A stretch of 64,000 bases of DNA from Candidatus Poriferihabitaceae bacterium (GCA_965249035.1 CBDFKV010000006.1:376729-440728), one strand, 5' to 3'; positions 17,794 to 28,308 are shown, counted from the first letter of the stretch. A program made the numbers and translations. The notes: a model not told the origin generated them from the sequence alone.

Positions 17794-18570
17794 CTAAGCC
17801 TTAACATGGAACAATGAGCCAAAACCTTCAACCGGCTGAGTACAATTAAGAAGAGTCAGTGCTTGCCATACCAACGCTTGATTACTGGTAACAACGGGGA
17901 TACCCAGCTCCATTTCCAGGGTGTCGATCACCAATGAAGCGCGAAGCGCAGTGCAGGAAATAAAAAGTGCCTCAGCCTCATCCGAACAGGCTTGTTTGGC
18001 CGCTGAAACAATATCAGCCAACGGAAACATCGTCACTTCGATATCATCTTCTGAGCCGAAACCACAGACATTGATCACGTCCAAGCCTTGCTTTCGCAGC
18101 AGCTCACCCAGTGCTTGATTGATTTCATCAATGTACGGGGTTAAGACTGAGATTTTTTTTGCGCCAAGTGCTTGCAGCGCAGCCGCTGCTGCTGTTGCTG
18201 GCGTGATCACCGGAATTCCAGGGCATTGCTGATGAATGCGCTCAACAATTCGGTCATACCCAATGGCGGCGGTCCCTGAAGTGCAACCATAAATCATCAA
18301 ATCAACGCCCAAGCCAGGCAGGATACCTCCCGCTGCACGCTCAATATCGCCTGCCATAGCCCGCAAATTCTCTAGCGTCATCGGATTTTGATTGGTGACT
18401 CGATTGGTGAAAACCTCAACTTCCTTGGGCAACATCCGGCGCAGGTCTTGCTCAGAATTAAAATCGGTCGCTAAAGCAATAAACCCAATCCGGCCCGCTG
18501 GCGCAATCACATCCAGCCGCTTGGGGTGGGCAATTTGTTCAAGGCGAAAGTGCGAATTATCGGTCGGCAT
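17794..18570 (-). CDS. Asp/Glu/hydantoin-racemase-superfamily protein (maleate isomerase / arylmalonate decarboxylase / EutA-like)
   Basis: About 258 aa from the ATG at 18570, which I prefer over the track start at 18633 because it lies 4 nt after the upstream stop. Two Cys-containing half-domains are present (YGCTSG, ISCTAL). Confidence 0.65.
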   Translation of the reverse strand: MPTDNSHFRLEQIAHPKRLDVIAPAGRIGFIALATDFNSEQDLRRMLPKEVEVFTNRVTNQNPMTLENLRAMAGDIERAAGGILPGLGVDLMIYGCTSGTAAIGYDRIVERIHQQCPGIPVITPATAAAAALQALGAKKISVLTPYIDEINQALGELLRKQGLDVINVCGFGSEDDIEVTMFPLADIVSAAKQACSDEAEALFISCTALRASLVIDTLEMELGIPVVTSNQALVWQALTLLNCTQPVEGFGSLFHVKA

Positions 18571-18574
18571 CGAA

Positions 18575-19762
18575 TTAATCAATGATAGGAATATCAGGTG
18601 CAGCACGAACGGACAGCCATTCTGCGCCATCATCCGTGATCACGATATTTTCTTCGTGCACCATTTGCTTACCGGGCGCAAAAGTCATGCCCGGCTCCAG
18701 TGTTAACACCATACCTGATTGCAACACCGTATTGTCTGTCGCAGTGTGCGATGGCCGTTCGGTTAACTGCATGCCTAAGCCATGACCCAGCCGCCCTACT
18801 TCATTCCCCAGGCTGCCACCCTCGACCATGACAGCGTTCATGGCGGCCCAAATATCGCTGGTGGTTTTGCCCGGTTGTGCCACAGAAAACCCTGCTTCCA
18901 CCGCATCAAATACCACTTGATTCGCGCGCTCAGCATCAGCTGATAGATGACCAAAGCCGAAATTGCGATCGAAATCACAGAAATAGCCATCCCAAACCGT
19001 ACCCGTATCAATGATCAACACATCACCATCAGCCAGTACGCGATCGCCCGGCCCCATGATAATACTGTCATAACCGCCTTGCCCCGAACCCGCGACGATA
19101 TAGGGTGAATGGTCGGCACCACGCCGGATCAAATCAATACGAAATTGCTGACAGACCTCCCGCTCACTCATCCCTGCCCTCATCAAACCAGGCAAAGCCA
19201 AGAAAGCTGAGGAGCTTAAGTGGCAAGCATAGCGGATTTTTTCGACCTCTCTGGCAGATTTCACCATCCGCTGTTGATGCATAAGCTCAGCGATATCAAT
19301 CACCTCAAGCTGCGGCAATCGTGACATCAAGTACTGAAAGTTGGCAATCGGCATGCGAATCTGGCTTTCAGGGCCGAGCGTTATGCCCAGGCGCCCATGG
19401 CGGCGAGGAATCGATTGCAGTAAATCCACCAACAGCGAAATACCGTCATCTTCTGGACAAGGCGATGCCCAGGTACGGATGTCGTCCAACCAAGTCGCTT
19501 CCATCCCGGCAATGCCGATTTCTGGAATGATCGCAACAGGCTTTCCGACTGCGGGAATCACTAGAAACCAGGGGCGCGTTGGACTTTCCCAGAATTGAGT
19601 CTGAAAGCCTGAAAAATAGCGAACGTTAGCCTCAGTAGTCAGCAAAATCGCATCAAGGCGAGCAGCCGCCATCTGCACCTGCATCTGGGTGGTACGTGCG
19701 GCAAATTCGACTTCTGGAAACCCGCGAGGTGGTTCAGCTAGTTGGGGATTTGCTAGTATCAT
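18575..19762 (-). CDS. M24-family metallohydrolase (Xaa-Pro peptidase / creatinase / ectoine-hydrolase-like)
   Basis: 395 aa. It has a creatinase-type N-domain and a pita-bread fold with metal ligands in the context DFD..., GHGLG, LEPG, HEEN. Confidence 0.75.
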   Translation of the reverse strand: MILANPQLAEPPRGFPEVEFAARTTQMQVQMAAARLDAILLTTEANVRYFSGFQTQFWESPTRPWFLVIPAVGKPVAIIPEIGIAGMEATWLDDIRTWASPCPEDDGISLLVDLLQSIPRRHGRLGITLGPESQIRMPIANFQYLMSRLPQLEVIDIAELMHQQRMVKSAREVEKIRYACHLSSSAFLALPGLMRAGMSEREVCQQFRIDLIRRGADHSPYIVAGSGQGGYDSIIMGPGDRVLADGDVLIIDTGTVWDGYFCDFDRNFGFGHLSADAERANQVVFDAVEAGFSVAQPGKTTSDIWAAMNAVMVEGGSLGNEVGRLGHGLGMQLTERPSHTATDNTVLQSGMVLTLEPGMTFAPGKQMVHEENIVITDDGAEWLSVRAAPDIPIID

Positions 19763-19887
19763 TCATGACTCAGCGTCAGATGTTTTAGGAATCTTCTGAA
19801 TCGTTATAACGCATTATCTAAGGTGTGGCTATTGGTAATGCGACCTTTAACTCCAAACGCTGCGGTAACGGCGAGCACAGAAATTGT

Positions 19888-20229
19888 CTAAATCTGCAGC
19901 AGCCATACGAGTGTCAGCACACTACCAATGGCCGCCATCGAGTACAGCAACCAAGCCATCAATGTGTCTTGCCGCAAGCCAAAGTCGTGCACCGTGACTC
20001 GGGCGCGATGCGCTGCATGCCAAAGCGATAAAAAAATCACGCCGAACACCATCAATTTACCCAGCCATGATGATAAAAACTGACCAATTTGTGCGTAGCT
20101 AAGCGCCTCGGGTACGTGGCCTATTCCAGCTAGTAGCGTCAGCACGATCAACACGGGAATAATAAAGGCCGTTACCGTCCCGCCAGCAGCGAATAAACCC
20201 CAGAAAATGGGTTTGTTTGATTTAGCCAT
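19888..20229 (-). CDS. frdD: Fumarate reductase membrane anchor subunit D
   Basis: 113 aa. PIFWGLFAAGG and the overall hydrophobic pattern match E. coli FrdD. Confidence 0.8.
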   Translation of the reverse strand: MAKSNKPIFWGLFAAGGTVTAFIIPVLIVLTLLAGIGHVPEALSYAQIGQFLSSWLGKLMVFGVIFLSLWHAAHRARVTVHDFGLRQDTLMAWLLYSMAAIGSVLTLVWLLQI

Positions 20230-20230
20230 C

Positions 20231-20632
20231 TTAAAATACCCTTGCTAAGAACAACACCAGCAGCGAAACAATAATCCAGGCCGAATATTGGCCGACGATC
20301 ATCACCCAGGCAGGCAAAAAAGTTTCGCCGATTAGTATCGGAGTGGTTTGTGGCATCAAGTTAAACCAAGTCATCGAATGGTACAGTGCCAGCAACAAAG
20401 CCACGAGCTGAAAACCAATCATCAGCGGGTTACCCAGCAAACTTAAGAACTCACCATACGCTTCAGGTCCTTCAGTTATCTGTTTGATTCCATAGATTAA
20501 TAACAAGGCATACAGTCCAATAAACAGGCACGAAGCCTCGCGAATCATATAACGCTGGTATAGAGGCCTTTTCAGCCACCAAGCGGTTTTTGAAACTGGC
20601 CGCAGGTAGGGTCTTCTTGCTGATTCGCTCAT
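20231..20632 (-). CDS. frdC: Fumarate reductase membrane anchor subunit C
   Basis: 133 aa. RPY.RP......WW...P.Y..YM.RE and GPEAY..F match FrdC. Confidence 0.8.
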   Translation of the reverse strand: MSESARRPYLRPVSKTAWWLKRPLYQRYMIREASCLFIGLYALLLIYGIKQITEGPEAYGEFLSLLGNPLMIGFQLVALLLALYHSMTWFNLMPQTTPILIGETFLPAWVMIVGQYSAWIIVSLLVLFLARVF

Positions 20633-21379
20633 CCTTTGCTCCCCGGAAGCAAGCGCTCCGTATACCAGTCAATGGTACTTTTGATTTTCATTTGTTGTAT
20701 CGAACCGCCCGGGTCAACGTGACTTGGGCAAGCTTCTGAACAAGCACCCACAAACGAGCATTCCCACACTCCTTCGTTAGTCGCGGTGATTTCTTCTCGC
20801 TCACTTCTGCCGCCATCACGTGAGTCGCTGTTATATCGGTGCGCCAGGGCCAATGCTGCGGGGCCAATAAAGCCCGGGATCAGTCCATACTGCGGACATG
20901 CGGCGTAACACAGCATGCAATTGATACACAGGGTGGTTGTGCTTAAATAGTTTTAGCTGATGTGGCGTCTGCCTGTTTTCTCCAGTCGCCGCTTTGGGCG
21001 TGTCGACCTTTGGGATCATATAGGGCTTAACTTTTTCGAGCTTGCCGATAAAATCGTCAATTTGTGTTACTAAGTCCCGCTCGATTGGAAAATGATCTAA
21101 GGGCTCAACCCGGATCTGGCTACCATAGTCACGAATAAACGCTTTGCAAGCCAGCATAGGCTCACCATCAACAACCATTCCACAGCTGCCGCAAACCGCC
21201 ATGTGGCAAGACCAGCGATAGCTCAATGTGGTATCAATATTGTCTTTGATATAGTTCAGCGCATCCAGCACCACCCACTCGTCCGGGCAAGGAATATCGG
21301 TATACGTTTGAAAATAAGGCTCTTTATCGGTTTCAGGATCGTACCGAAGGACTTCCAGCGAAATCATTCGGTCACTCAT
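20629..21379 (-). pseudogene. frdB: Fumarate reductase iron-sulfur subunit split by a 1-nt frameshift; may be a sequencing artefact
   Basis: The 182-aa ORF 20831-21379 carries the 2Fe-2S part (SCHMAVCGSCGM). The 95-aa ORF 20629-20916 carries CYAACPQYG...CSEACP. The other frame at about 20925-20945 reads [18 protein letters not shown], so the shift lies near the AAA/TTTT runs at 20945-20954. Confidence 0.85.
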
Positions 21380-23136
21380 TTCTGATCTCCTGAATAATCC
21401 CGCACGCCCGGTTTTGATCGGGTGATAATCACATCCTGATAATCGATGCTGGGCTGATCTTTACCTTTAAAATAGATCAGGGAATGCTTTAAATAGTTGT
21501 CGTCGTCACGCTCAACATAGTCAAGCCGCTGATGCGCACCGCGAGACTCTTTGCGCGCCAGGGCGGCTTCCGCCACCGCTTGTGACACATCCAACATGTT
21601 TTCAAGCTCAAGCAGTTGAAACAACTCGGTATTGTAGACATTACTTTTATCGTACAACGAGACGTTTGCCAGAGTTGGGCGTAATTGAGCCAACTTATCG
21701 CAAGTGTTTTGAATGCCTGCTTCATCCCGGTAGATGCCAACACCCGCCTCCATGCTATCCATCATCTCACGCCTAATGTGTGAGACGGCTTGCGATCCTT
21801 CAGGCTTTTCAAACCAGGCTCGCACCCGATCTTGCGCTTGCTTGGCCAACTTGCTAGTCGTGCTATCCCCTGTTAGAGGAACATGCGTACTCACGTATTC
21901 GACTGCATTCTGTGCGGCACGCTTGCCAAACACCAACAGCTCCGTCAAAGAATTTGACCCCAATCGATTAGCACCATTTATACTGACGCAGGCGCATTCA
22001 CCGATCGCGTATAAGCCCGGAATTGACGTCTCAGCGTCGATGTTGGTATGAATCCCGCCCATCATATAATGCACTACCGGCCTGATTGGGACGGGCTCTG
22101 TAACCGGGTCAACTCCCGAATAGCTAATGGATAAATCACGCACCAAGGGTAAGCGCTCATTGATCTTTTTTTCACCCAAATGCGTCATATCCAGCAGCAC
22201 GGCATCACCCCACTGCGTTTTGATCGTATTGCCCTTTTTCTGCTCACTCCAAAACGCCTGGCTTAATCGATCTCGTGGGCCAAGCTCCATACTTTTCAGC
22301 ACCGGATCGCCCAAAGGCGTTTCCGGCCCCATGCCGTAATCCTGCAAATAACGATAGCCGTCCTTATTCCGCAACACCCCGCCTTCACCGCGACAACCTT
22401 CAGTTAATAAAATACCTGTCGATAGCAAGCCCGTGGGGTGGTACTGTACAAACTCCATGTCTTTTAAGGCAACCCCAGCGCGGTATGCCATCGCCATACC
22501 ATCGCCGGTTTTAATCGCGCCATTGGTCGAAAAGGGGAAAATCCGACCCGCGCCACCGGTAGCGATAATGACCGCAGAGCCCTGAAACTCCTTCATCGTG
22601 CCATCACGCATGTCGATCGCGGTGACGCCCTGAATCTTACCTTCATCGACCAATAAGTCGGTCGAATAAAATTCATCATATCGTTTGATCGATGGGAATT
22701 TCAGTGAGGTTTGGAACAGCGTATGCAATATATGAAAGCCACTTTTGTCCGCAGCAAACCAAGTACGCTTTATTTTCATCCCACCGAATGGACGTACTGC
22801 AACGCTGCCGTCGGGCTCACGACTCCAAGGACAACCCCAATGCTCCAACTGCAATAATTCTTTCGGCGCTTGCTTGATAAAATACTCTACGGCATCTTGG
22901 TCACTCAGCCAATCGCCACCACCGACCGTATCGTCAAAATGCGTGTCTAAACTGTCATCAGGCTTGATCACTCCAGCCGCACCCCCTTCTGCAGCACAGG
23001 TGTGGCTGCGCATGGGGTAGACTTTTGATATCAGCGCAATTCGTTTTTTGGGGTCCAGCTCCGCAATCGCAATCGCCGCGCGCAAACCAGCACCACCTGC
23101 ACCCACAATGATGATGTCAGCATCTATTCTTTCCAT
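21376..23136 (-). CDS. frdA: Fumarate reductase flavoprotein subunit
   Basis: 586 aa. It has the FAD motif IIIVGAGGAGLRAA, the covalent-FAD His in RSHTCAAEGG, and HPTG and RGEGG blocks. Confidence 0.9.
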   Translation of the reverse strand: MERIDADIIIVGAGGAGLRAAIAIAELDPKKRIALISKVYPMRSHTCAAEGGAAGVIKPDDSLDTHFDDTVGGGDWLSDQDAVEYFIKQAPKELLQLEHWGCPWSREPDGSVAVRPFGGMKIKRTWFAADKSGFHILHTLFQTSLKFPSIKRYDEFYSTDLLVDEGKIQGVTAIDMRDGTMKEFQGSAVIIATGGAGRIFPFSTNGAIKTGDGMAMAYRAGVALKDMEFVQYHPTGLLSTGILLTEGCRGEGGVLRNKDGYRYLQDYGMGPETPLGDPVLKSMELGPRDRLSQAFWSEQKKGNTIKTQWGDAVLLDMTHLGEKKINERLPLVRDLSISYSGVDPVTEPVPIRPVVHYMMGGIHTNIDAETSIPGLYAIGECACVSINGANRLGSNSLTELLVFGKRAAQNAVEYVSTHVPLTGDSTTSKLAKQAQDRVRAWFEKPEGSQAVSHIRREMMDSMEAGVGIYRDEAGIQNTCDKLAQLRPTLANVSLYDKSNVYNTELFQLLELENMLDVSQAVAEAALARKESRGAHQRLDYVERDDDNYLKHSLIYFKGKDQPSIDYQDVIITRSKPGVRDYSGDQK

Positions 23137-23274
23137 TCGCTCACCCCGGAAATTATTCTTCTTTGCAGCAATAATGCACTGCCCGGCAATTCAGTTATTG
23201 TGCTCTAAACGATTCAATGCTGGTGTCGCAAACAAGCCCTCTCCAACCTTTAATCAATACACCACTATTATAAC

Positions 23275-23688
23275 TCAGGTATCAAATTTGATCTTGCTAT
23301 GACTACCGTCACAATAAGGCTTATTGGCTGACGCACCGCAACGACAGAGTGCTGTCATACCCTCCTTTTGAATGTGTTCGCCATCGGGCGTGGTAATCAC
23401 CACCGCACCATTAAGCAATAATGGGCCACCTTTAGTTACTGATAGGGTGACTGGCTCTGCTGCTGACTTTTCTTGGTCACCTTCTATCGACAGCGCACCT
23501 GATGGACACCGTTTGACTTGAGCCGTGATGTCATCACTGGATGTTCCTTCAAGCTGAATCCACGGCCTGTTTTCAGGATTAAACACCGCTGGCAAAGCGT
23601 GGAAACATTTTTTTGAATGGATGCATTTGGCAGGCTGCCATACGACAGTGACTTCATCGTTAGTGTAACGCTTGACAATATCTTTCAT
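23275..23688 (-). CDS. Iron-sulfur protein: divergent 4Fe-4S mono-cluster domain plus a CDGSH-type domain
   Basis: 137 aa. The CDGSH signature CRCGASANKPYCDGSH is in the C-terminal half. The N-terminal half has a C..KC....P pattern. Confidence 0.6.
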   Translation of the reverse strand: MKDIVKRYTNDEVTVVWQPAKCIHSKKCFHALPAVFNPENRPWIQLEGTSSDDITAQVKRCPSGALSIEGDQEKSAAEPVTLSVTKGGPLLLNGAVVITTPDGEHIQKEGMTALCRCGASANKPYCDGSHSKIKFDT

Positions 23689-23829
23689 TATTTAAATTCC
23701 TTCAATTCTCCTATGGAGGCTCAGTTTACCGTACCACGTCATTGAACGAGTTTAAAACGTCAAAGTCGTGTATCGGCAGTGTAGCGATGAAAAGGATACC
23801 CAAAAGGCGGAGCGAGTATCTTTGCTGAA

Positions 23830-24468
23830 TCACAAAGTTCGCAAAAAGCGGTCCATCCGCGGCAAATAGTGATTGTCGTAGTTAAGCGACATCACGACTG
23901 TCTTTGATCTACCCACCACCTCATGTCTCGGGACAAAACCGATCACTCTGGAATCAGCACTATTGTCGCGATTATCACCCATCACAAAATAGTGCTCGTC
24001 GGGCACTGTTACAGGATAGAAACTGGATAGCCTTGATCCAGATTTGCGCGTCTGTACAAAGTGGCCAGTGCCCAACAAATCTTCATTACGCAGATTCGCT
24101 TCAACCGGTTTATAACGAAGAGCTTTACCGTTAATTTTCAGTATATTATCGTGCATTTCAATGCTGTCACCGGGTAAGCCAATCACCCTTTTAACTAGCC
24201 GCTTTCCAGATACTTTTGAGTCAAAAATAACGATATCGCCGCGCTGTGGGTCATCAAACTTGCGTAAAGAAACGTGCGTAAATGGCACGCGCAAATCATA
24301 GGCCATCTTGTTGACCAATATCCGATCTCCTTCAACAATGGTTGGCTTCATCGAGCCAGTAGGCACCACATTCCAATCAGCAACCGCACTACGGAACACC
24401 ACCATCAACAACAAGAATGTCAGTAAACTGAGGTGCTGTTTTAGTACTCTAATAACTCCTGTTTTCAT
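23830..24468 (-). CDS. lepB: Signal peptidase I
   Basis: 212 aa. It has an N-terminal TM segment, the catalytic Ser box GSMKPTI, and GDNRDNSADSR. Confidence 0.85.
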   Translation of the reverse strand: MKTGVIRVLKQHLSLLTFLLLMVVFRSAVADWNVVPTGSMKPTIVEGDRILVNKMAYDLRVPFTHVSLRKFDDPQRGDIVIFDSKVSGKRLVKRVIGLPGDSIEMHDNILKINGKALRYKPVEANLRNEDLLGTGHFVQTRKSGSRLSSFYPVTVPDEHYFVMGDNRDNSADSRVIGFVPRHEVVGRSKTVVMSLNYDNHYLPRMDRFLRTL

Positions 24469-24511
24469 CGATTTGCCCTCGTAGTAGTTTTACCCGCCTC
24501 TATTACACAAT

Positions 24512-25733
24512 GAGACCTCAGCATAACCGCGGGGTTTGATTGGTCTTGAAGAAATATCCTGAAAATTCTAAAAAATTAGCGAAATAAATCATTTTTATCA
24601 ACATACTCGGCCTAATATTGCGATATCCGTCGCTTTTCGGCATTTTTCTTCAATTCTAGACACAACTATCCCGCGTAACCGACATCGGGCAAACCATAAA
24701 GCATCAGAAATTTTGCGCCTTTACGTATATTGGACGCCATCGCTGCAATCCCGTAAGACGTTATATTCTTCGCTAGCCCCATATAGCGAGTTCTCGCTAA
24801 ACCATAGTGTTGCTTATAGGTTGCAAAGGGGCGTTCACCGCCAGAGCGTGTAACGGCAATCTGTGCATTACGTTTTTTATCCGACTCTGACAATGGATTA
24901 TTTCGATAGCCTTTTCGTTGGACCTGATCTTCAATCCCCAAGCCTTTTAGCTTAGTCCGCGTCTCTTCAGAGCTATAGGCAGAATCTGCAAATAACGCCG
25001 CCTCATCTCCTAACAATAAGGTATCGCGTTCCTGACTATCATGCACATTGCCAGCCGTGACATTTTGACGATGAATAAATCCATCTTCGTCCACGCCTGT
25101 ATGAACTGAATAACCGTAGGTGGACTTTGCTCGGCCACGACTGTCTTTCTTTACATGCCAGTCTGCTTCCTGATCACGCGTAGGCTTACCCTCTTTATTC
25201 TTACCTGAACCAGATTGAGCCGCCTCAATGGGCGTTGCATCTATGATGTTAATGCGCCCTTCGGTCATAATAATATTCTTAGATTCAAGTTGGCGGTTAA
25301 TCTCACCCAATAATTTATCCCATAAGTCATGTTCAACGAGGTTGTTGCGAAAACGCCCCAAGGTAGAAGCTTCTGGCACCTCTGCACCTAACTCAAGATG
25401 GCAAAATTTGCGAAATAATAGATCACGATAAAGACTTTGCGCCAACTGAACGTCTGATAGTTTGTACCATACGCCAAGCAACAAACTTCGAAACAGCGTC
25501 AGCAACGGATAACTCGGATGACCCGTGCTAGAACCATAGATTGAAGACATCAGACTTTCTAACTCCGACCAATCCAATAATGCCTCTGTATCGTCTAGCG
25601 AGCACAAAATAGGGTGACTCATCTCCGCGCTAGAAACAAATAGTCTGGGCTGTGTTGTGAATGATTTTTGCATGCCTGATTATAACATTTAGCAACTATT
25701 CGGTGAAGATTGGCTGAGTTGTGCTGAGGTCTC
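24512..25733 (-). mobile_element. IS5-family insertion sequence, complete copy 1
   Basis: The termini gagacctcagcataac (24512) and gttgtgctgaggtctc (to 25733) are inverted, 15 of 16 nt. The direct repeat ACAAT lies immediately outside both ends (24507-24511 and 25734-25738). Confidence 0.85.
24666..25673 (-). CDS. IS5-family DDE transposase
   Basis: 335 aa, colinear with my memory of the IS5 Tnp (YPLL.LFR...L..WY.LSD, IDAT.IEA, ADSAY, ERPF...K). Confidence 0.9.
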   Translation of the reverse strand: MQKSFTTQPRLFVSSAEMSHPILCSLDDTEALLDWSELESLMSSIYGSSTGHPSYPLLTLFRSLLLGVWYKLSDVQLAQSLYRDLLFRKFCHLELGAEVPEASTLGRFRNNLVEHDLWDKLLGEINRQLESKNIIMTEGRINIIDATPIEAAQSGSGKNKEGKPTRDQEADWHVKKDSRGRAKSTYGYSVHTGVDEDGFIHRQNVTAGNVHDSQERDTLLLGDEAALFADSAYSSEETRTKLKGLGIEDQVQRKGYRNNPLSESDKKRNAQIAVTRSGGERPFATYKQHYGLARTRYMGLAKNITSYGIAAMASNIRKGAKFLMLYGLPDVGYAG

Positions 25734-25743
25734 ACAATATAAG

Positions 25744-26892
25744 CTAAATGCTCTGCTCCAGCAATTGGGTCGTATTTTCAAGCGTCATTTCGATAGGATT
25801 TCCTCCGGCGCTCGGGTCTTTGATTGCCATCGCCGCCAACTCTTCCATACGATCAGAACCTACGCCCAGCTCCGCCAGTTTATCGGGAATACCCAAGTCT
25901 TCACGCAGCTGCAACGCAAAATCGTAAAACCCATCAAAACCGCCTTGAATATCCAAATACGCCGCCACCCGCTCAATACCGCCTTCAATTGCAGAACGGT
26001 TAAAGCGTAACACCGTTGGCATAACCACCGCATTGGTGGTGCCATGATGGGTGTTGTAAACCGCACCGATCGGGTGTGACAGTGCATGCATGCCGCCTAA
26101 GCCTTTTTGGAAAGCAGTCGCCCCCATCGCTGCTGCACTCATCATGTGGCTGCGTGCTTCAATATCACTGCCATCGGTATAAGCACGTGGCAAGTACGCT
26201 TTCACCAGCCGCATGCCTTCTAGCGCGATCCCTTGAGACATCGGATGATAAAATGGCGAGCTATAGGCCTCAAGGCAATGAATAAACGCATCCAAACCTG
26301 TGCCGGCAGTAATCATTGGCGGCAGTCCGACCGTCAACTCCGGGTCGCAAATCACCACACTCGGTAATATCTTCGGGTGAAAAATAATCTTTTTAACATG
26401 CGTTTGTGAATCAACGATGACACTGGCACGTCCCACCTCAGAGCCAGTGCCGGCGGTAGTTGGCACCGCGATAATCGGCGCAATCGCACCTGCATCGGCA
26501 CGCGTCCACCAATCACCGATATCTTCAAAATCCCAAACCGGTCTGGTTTGATTAGCCATAAAGGCAATGACTTTGCCCAAATCCAAACCCGAACCACCCC
26601 CAAAAGCAATGACACCATCGTGATTGCCCGCTTTGTATGCAGCTACTCCAGCATACAAGTTTTGATCAGTGGGGTTAGGGTCAACGTCGGCGAAAATAGC
26701 CGGTTCGAAACCCGCAGCCTGCATCACTTCTAAGGTCGAATGCGTAACAGGAAGGCTGGCCAGCCCTCGATCTGTGACTAGCAACGGCCTTTTAATACCT
26801 GCCGTAGCACAGGCATCACCCAGCTCAGCAATGCGCCCAGCACCCAGTCGAATACTGGTCGGATACGACCAATTAGCAGTTAGATTTGTCAT
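25744..26892 (-). CDS. Iron-containing (group III) alcohol dehydrogenase
   Basis: 382 aa. It has GGGSGLDLGK and the His-rich metal site (HALSHPIG..YNTHHG). Confidence 0.85.
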   Translation of the reverse strand: MTNLTANWSYPTSIRLGAGRIAELGDACATAGIKRPLLVTDRGLASLPVTHSTLEVMQAAGFEPAIFADVDPNPTDQNLYAGVAAYKAGNHDGVIAFGGGSGLDLGKVIAFMANQTRPVWDFEDIGDWWTRADAGAIAPIIAVPTTAGTGSEVGRASVIVDSQTHVKKIIFHPKILPSVVICDPELTVGLPPMITAGTGLDAFIHCLEAYSSPFYHPMSQGIALEGMRLVKAYLPRAYTDGSDIEARSHMMSAAAMGATAFQKGLGGMHALSHPIGAVYNTHHGTTNAVVMPTVLRFNRSAIEGGIERVAAYLDIQGGFDGFYDFALQLREDLGIPDKLAELGVGSDRMEELAAMAIKDPSAGGNPIEMTLENTTQLLEQSI

Positions 26893-28274
26893 GATAATTC
26901 CTTCAGGTGATAGGATTTTGGTCGGGTGAGATTCTGGTAACCGATCACAGACAGTGCGCCACCACGCCCCGTATTTTTACAGCCAGTCCAGCACAAAGCC
27001 GGGTCCAAATAGTCAGCGCGATTCATATAAACCGTACCCGTTTGGATTTTTGCGCCCAAAGCGAATGCTCGATCTACCTCATTTGTCCACAACGACGCCG
27101 TTAAACCAAACTCGCTGTCGTTCATCAGCTGAAGTGCCTCCTCATCGCCACTCACTTTCATGATTCCTACCACTGGCCCAAAGCTCTCATCGCGCATCAC
27201 GCGCATGTCGTGATTCACATTGGTTAGAATCTGTGGCATCAAATACGTGCCACCATCGTCTTCGGGGAATAGCTTAGGGTCAATCATTGCCTTGGCACCC
27301 GCTGCAATCGCTTCTTGGGTTTGTGCTCGCACTTCAGCCGCAAAGCGCAGGTGTGCCATCGGCCCTAGCGTAGTGTCAGCATCCAACGGATTACCGAGTT
27401 TATAGCCCGAAACAATTGCCACCGCTTGTTCAACGAAGGTGTCGAACAAGCTATCAATCACGTAAATGCGCTCTATTCCACAGCAACACTGGCCGGAATT
27501 AAACATGGCTGCGTCAATCAGTGTTTCCACCGCCGCCTCCAAATTTGCATCATCCATCACGTAACCAGGGTCTTTTCCACCCAGCTCAAGCCCAAGCCCA
27601 GTAAAAGTGCCCGCGGCCGCCCGCTCCATAACTTTACCTGCTCCCACTGAACCGGTAAAATTTACGAAACCGAATAAGCCATCAGCAATTAGCTGTGACG
27701 TCGTATCGTGATCTAGAAATATATTCTGAAACACCTCCGTAGGTAAGCCTGCATCGCTAAATGCTTCCACCATACGCTCACCCGCAAGCAGGGTTTGGCT
27801 GGAGTGTTTTAGCACCACGGCATTGCCGGCAATCAATGCGGGAGCAACTGTATTGATCGCAGTCAAATAAGGATAATTCCAAGGGGCGATCACCAACACC
27901 ACGCCATGCGATTCGCGCATAATTTGACGCTTAAAACCGGGGCTGTCTTCAATCACCACCGGCGCCAACGCTTGCTTGGCAATATCCGCCATATGCGATG
28001 CACGCTCCTCAACGCCGCCGAACTCACCACCGAAGCGAATGGGGCGTCCCATCATGTGTGCCAGCTCAGGCACGATAATGTCTGACATGTCGCCTAATCG
28101 TGCAACGCCAGCGCGGACTAATGCAACCCGCTCATCCAACGGTTTGTCCGCCCAGGCTTTCTGCGCTTGACTCGCCTTCGTAACCAACACCGTGGCGTCT
28201 TCATAGTCCATGGTGGGCCGCTCGGCATAAACCGACCCATCAATCGGGGAAATACACTGAATCATTTTTGTCAT
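26889..28274 (-). CDS. NAD(P)-dependent aldehyde dehydrogenase
   Basis: 461 aa. It has ELGGKDP and the catalytic-Cys block FNSGQCCCG. It overlaps the ADH start by 4 nt. Confidence 0.85.
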   Translation of the reverse strand: MTKMIQCISPIDGSVYAERPTMDYEDATVLVTKASQAQKAWADKPLDERVALVRAGVARLGDMSDIIVPELAHMMGRPIRFGGEFGGVEERASHMADIAKQALAPVVIEDSPGFKRQIMRESHGVVLVIAPWNYPYLTAINTVAPALIAGNAVVLKHSSQTLLAGERMVEAFSDAGLPTEVFQNIFLDHDTTSQLIADGLFGFVNFTGSVGAGKVMERAAAGTFTGLGLELGGKDPGYVMDDANLEAAVETLIDAAMFNSGQCCCGIERIYVIDSLFDTFVEQAVAIVSGYKLGNPLDADTTLGPMAHLRFAAEVRAQTQEAIAAGAKAMIDPKLFPEDDGGTYLMPQILTNVNHDMRVMRDESFGPVVGIMKVSGDEEALQLMNDSEFGLTASLWTNEVDRAFALGAKIQTGTVYMNRADYLDPALCWTGCKNTGRGGALSVIGYQNLTRPKSYHLKELS

Positions 28275-28308
28275 TTACTGTGCTCTCATTGTTGGTTTGA
28301 TGACGCAA

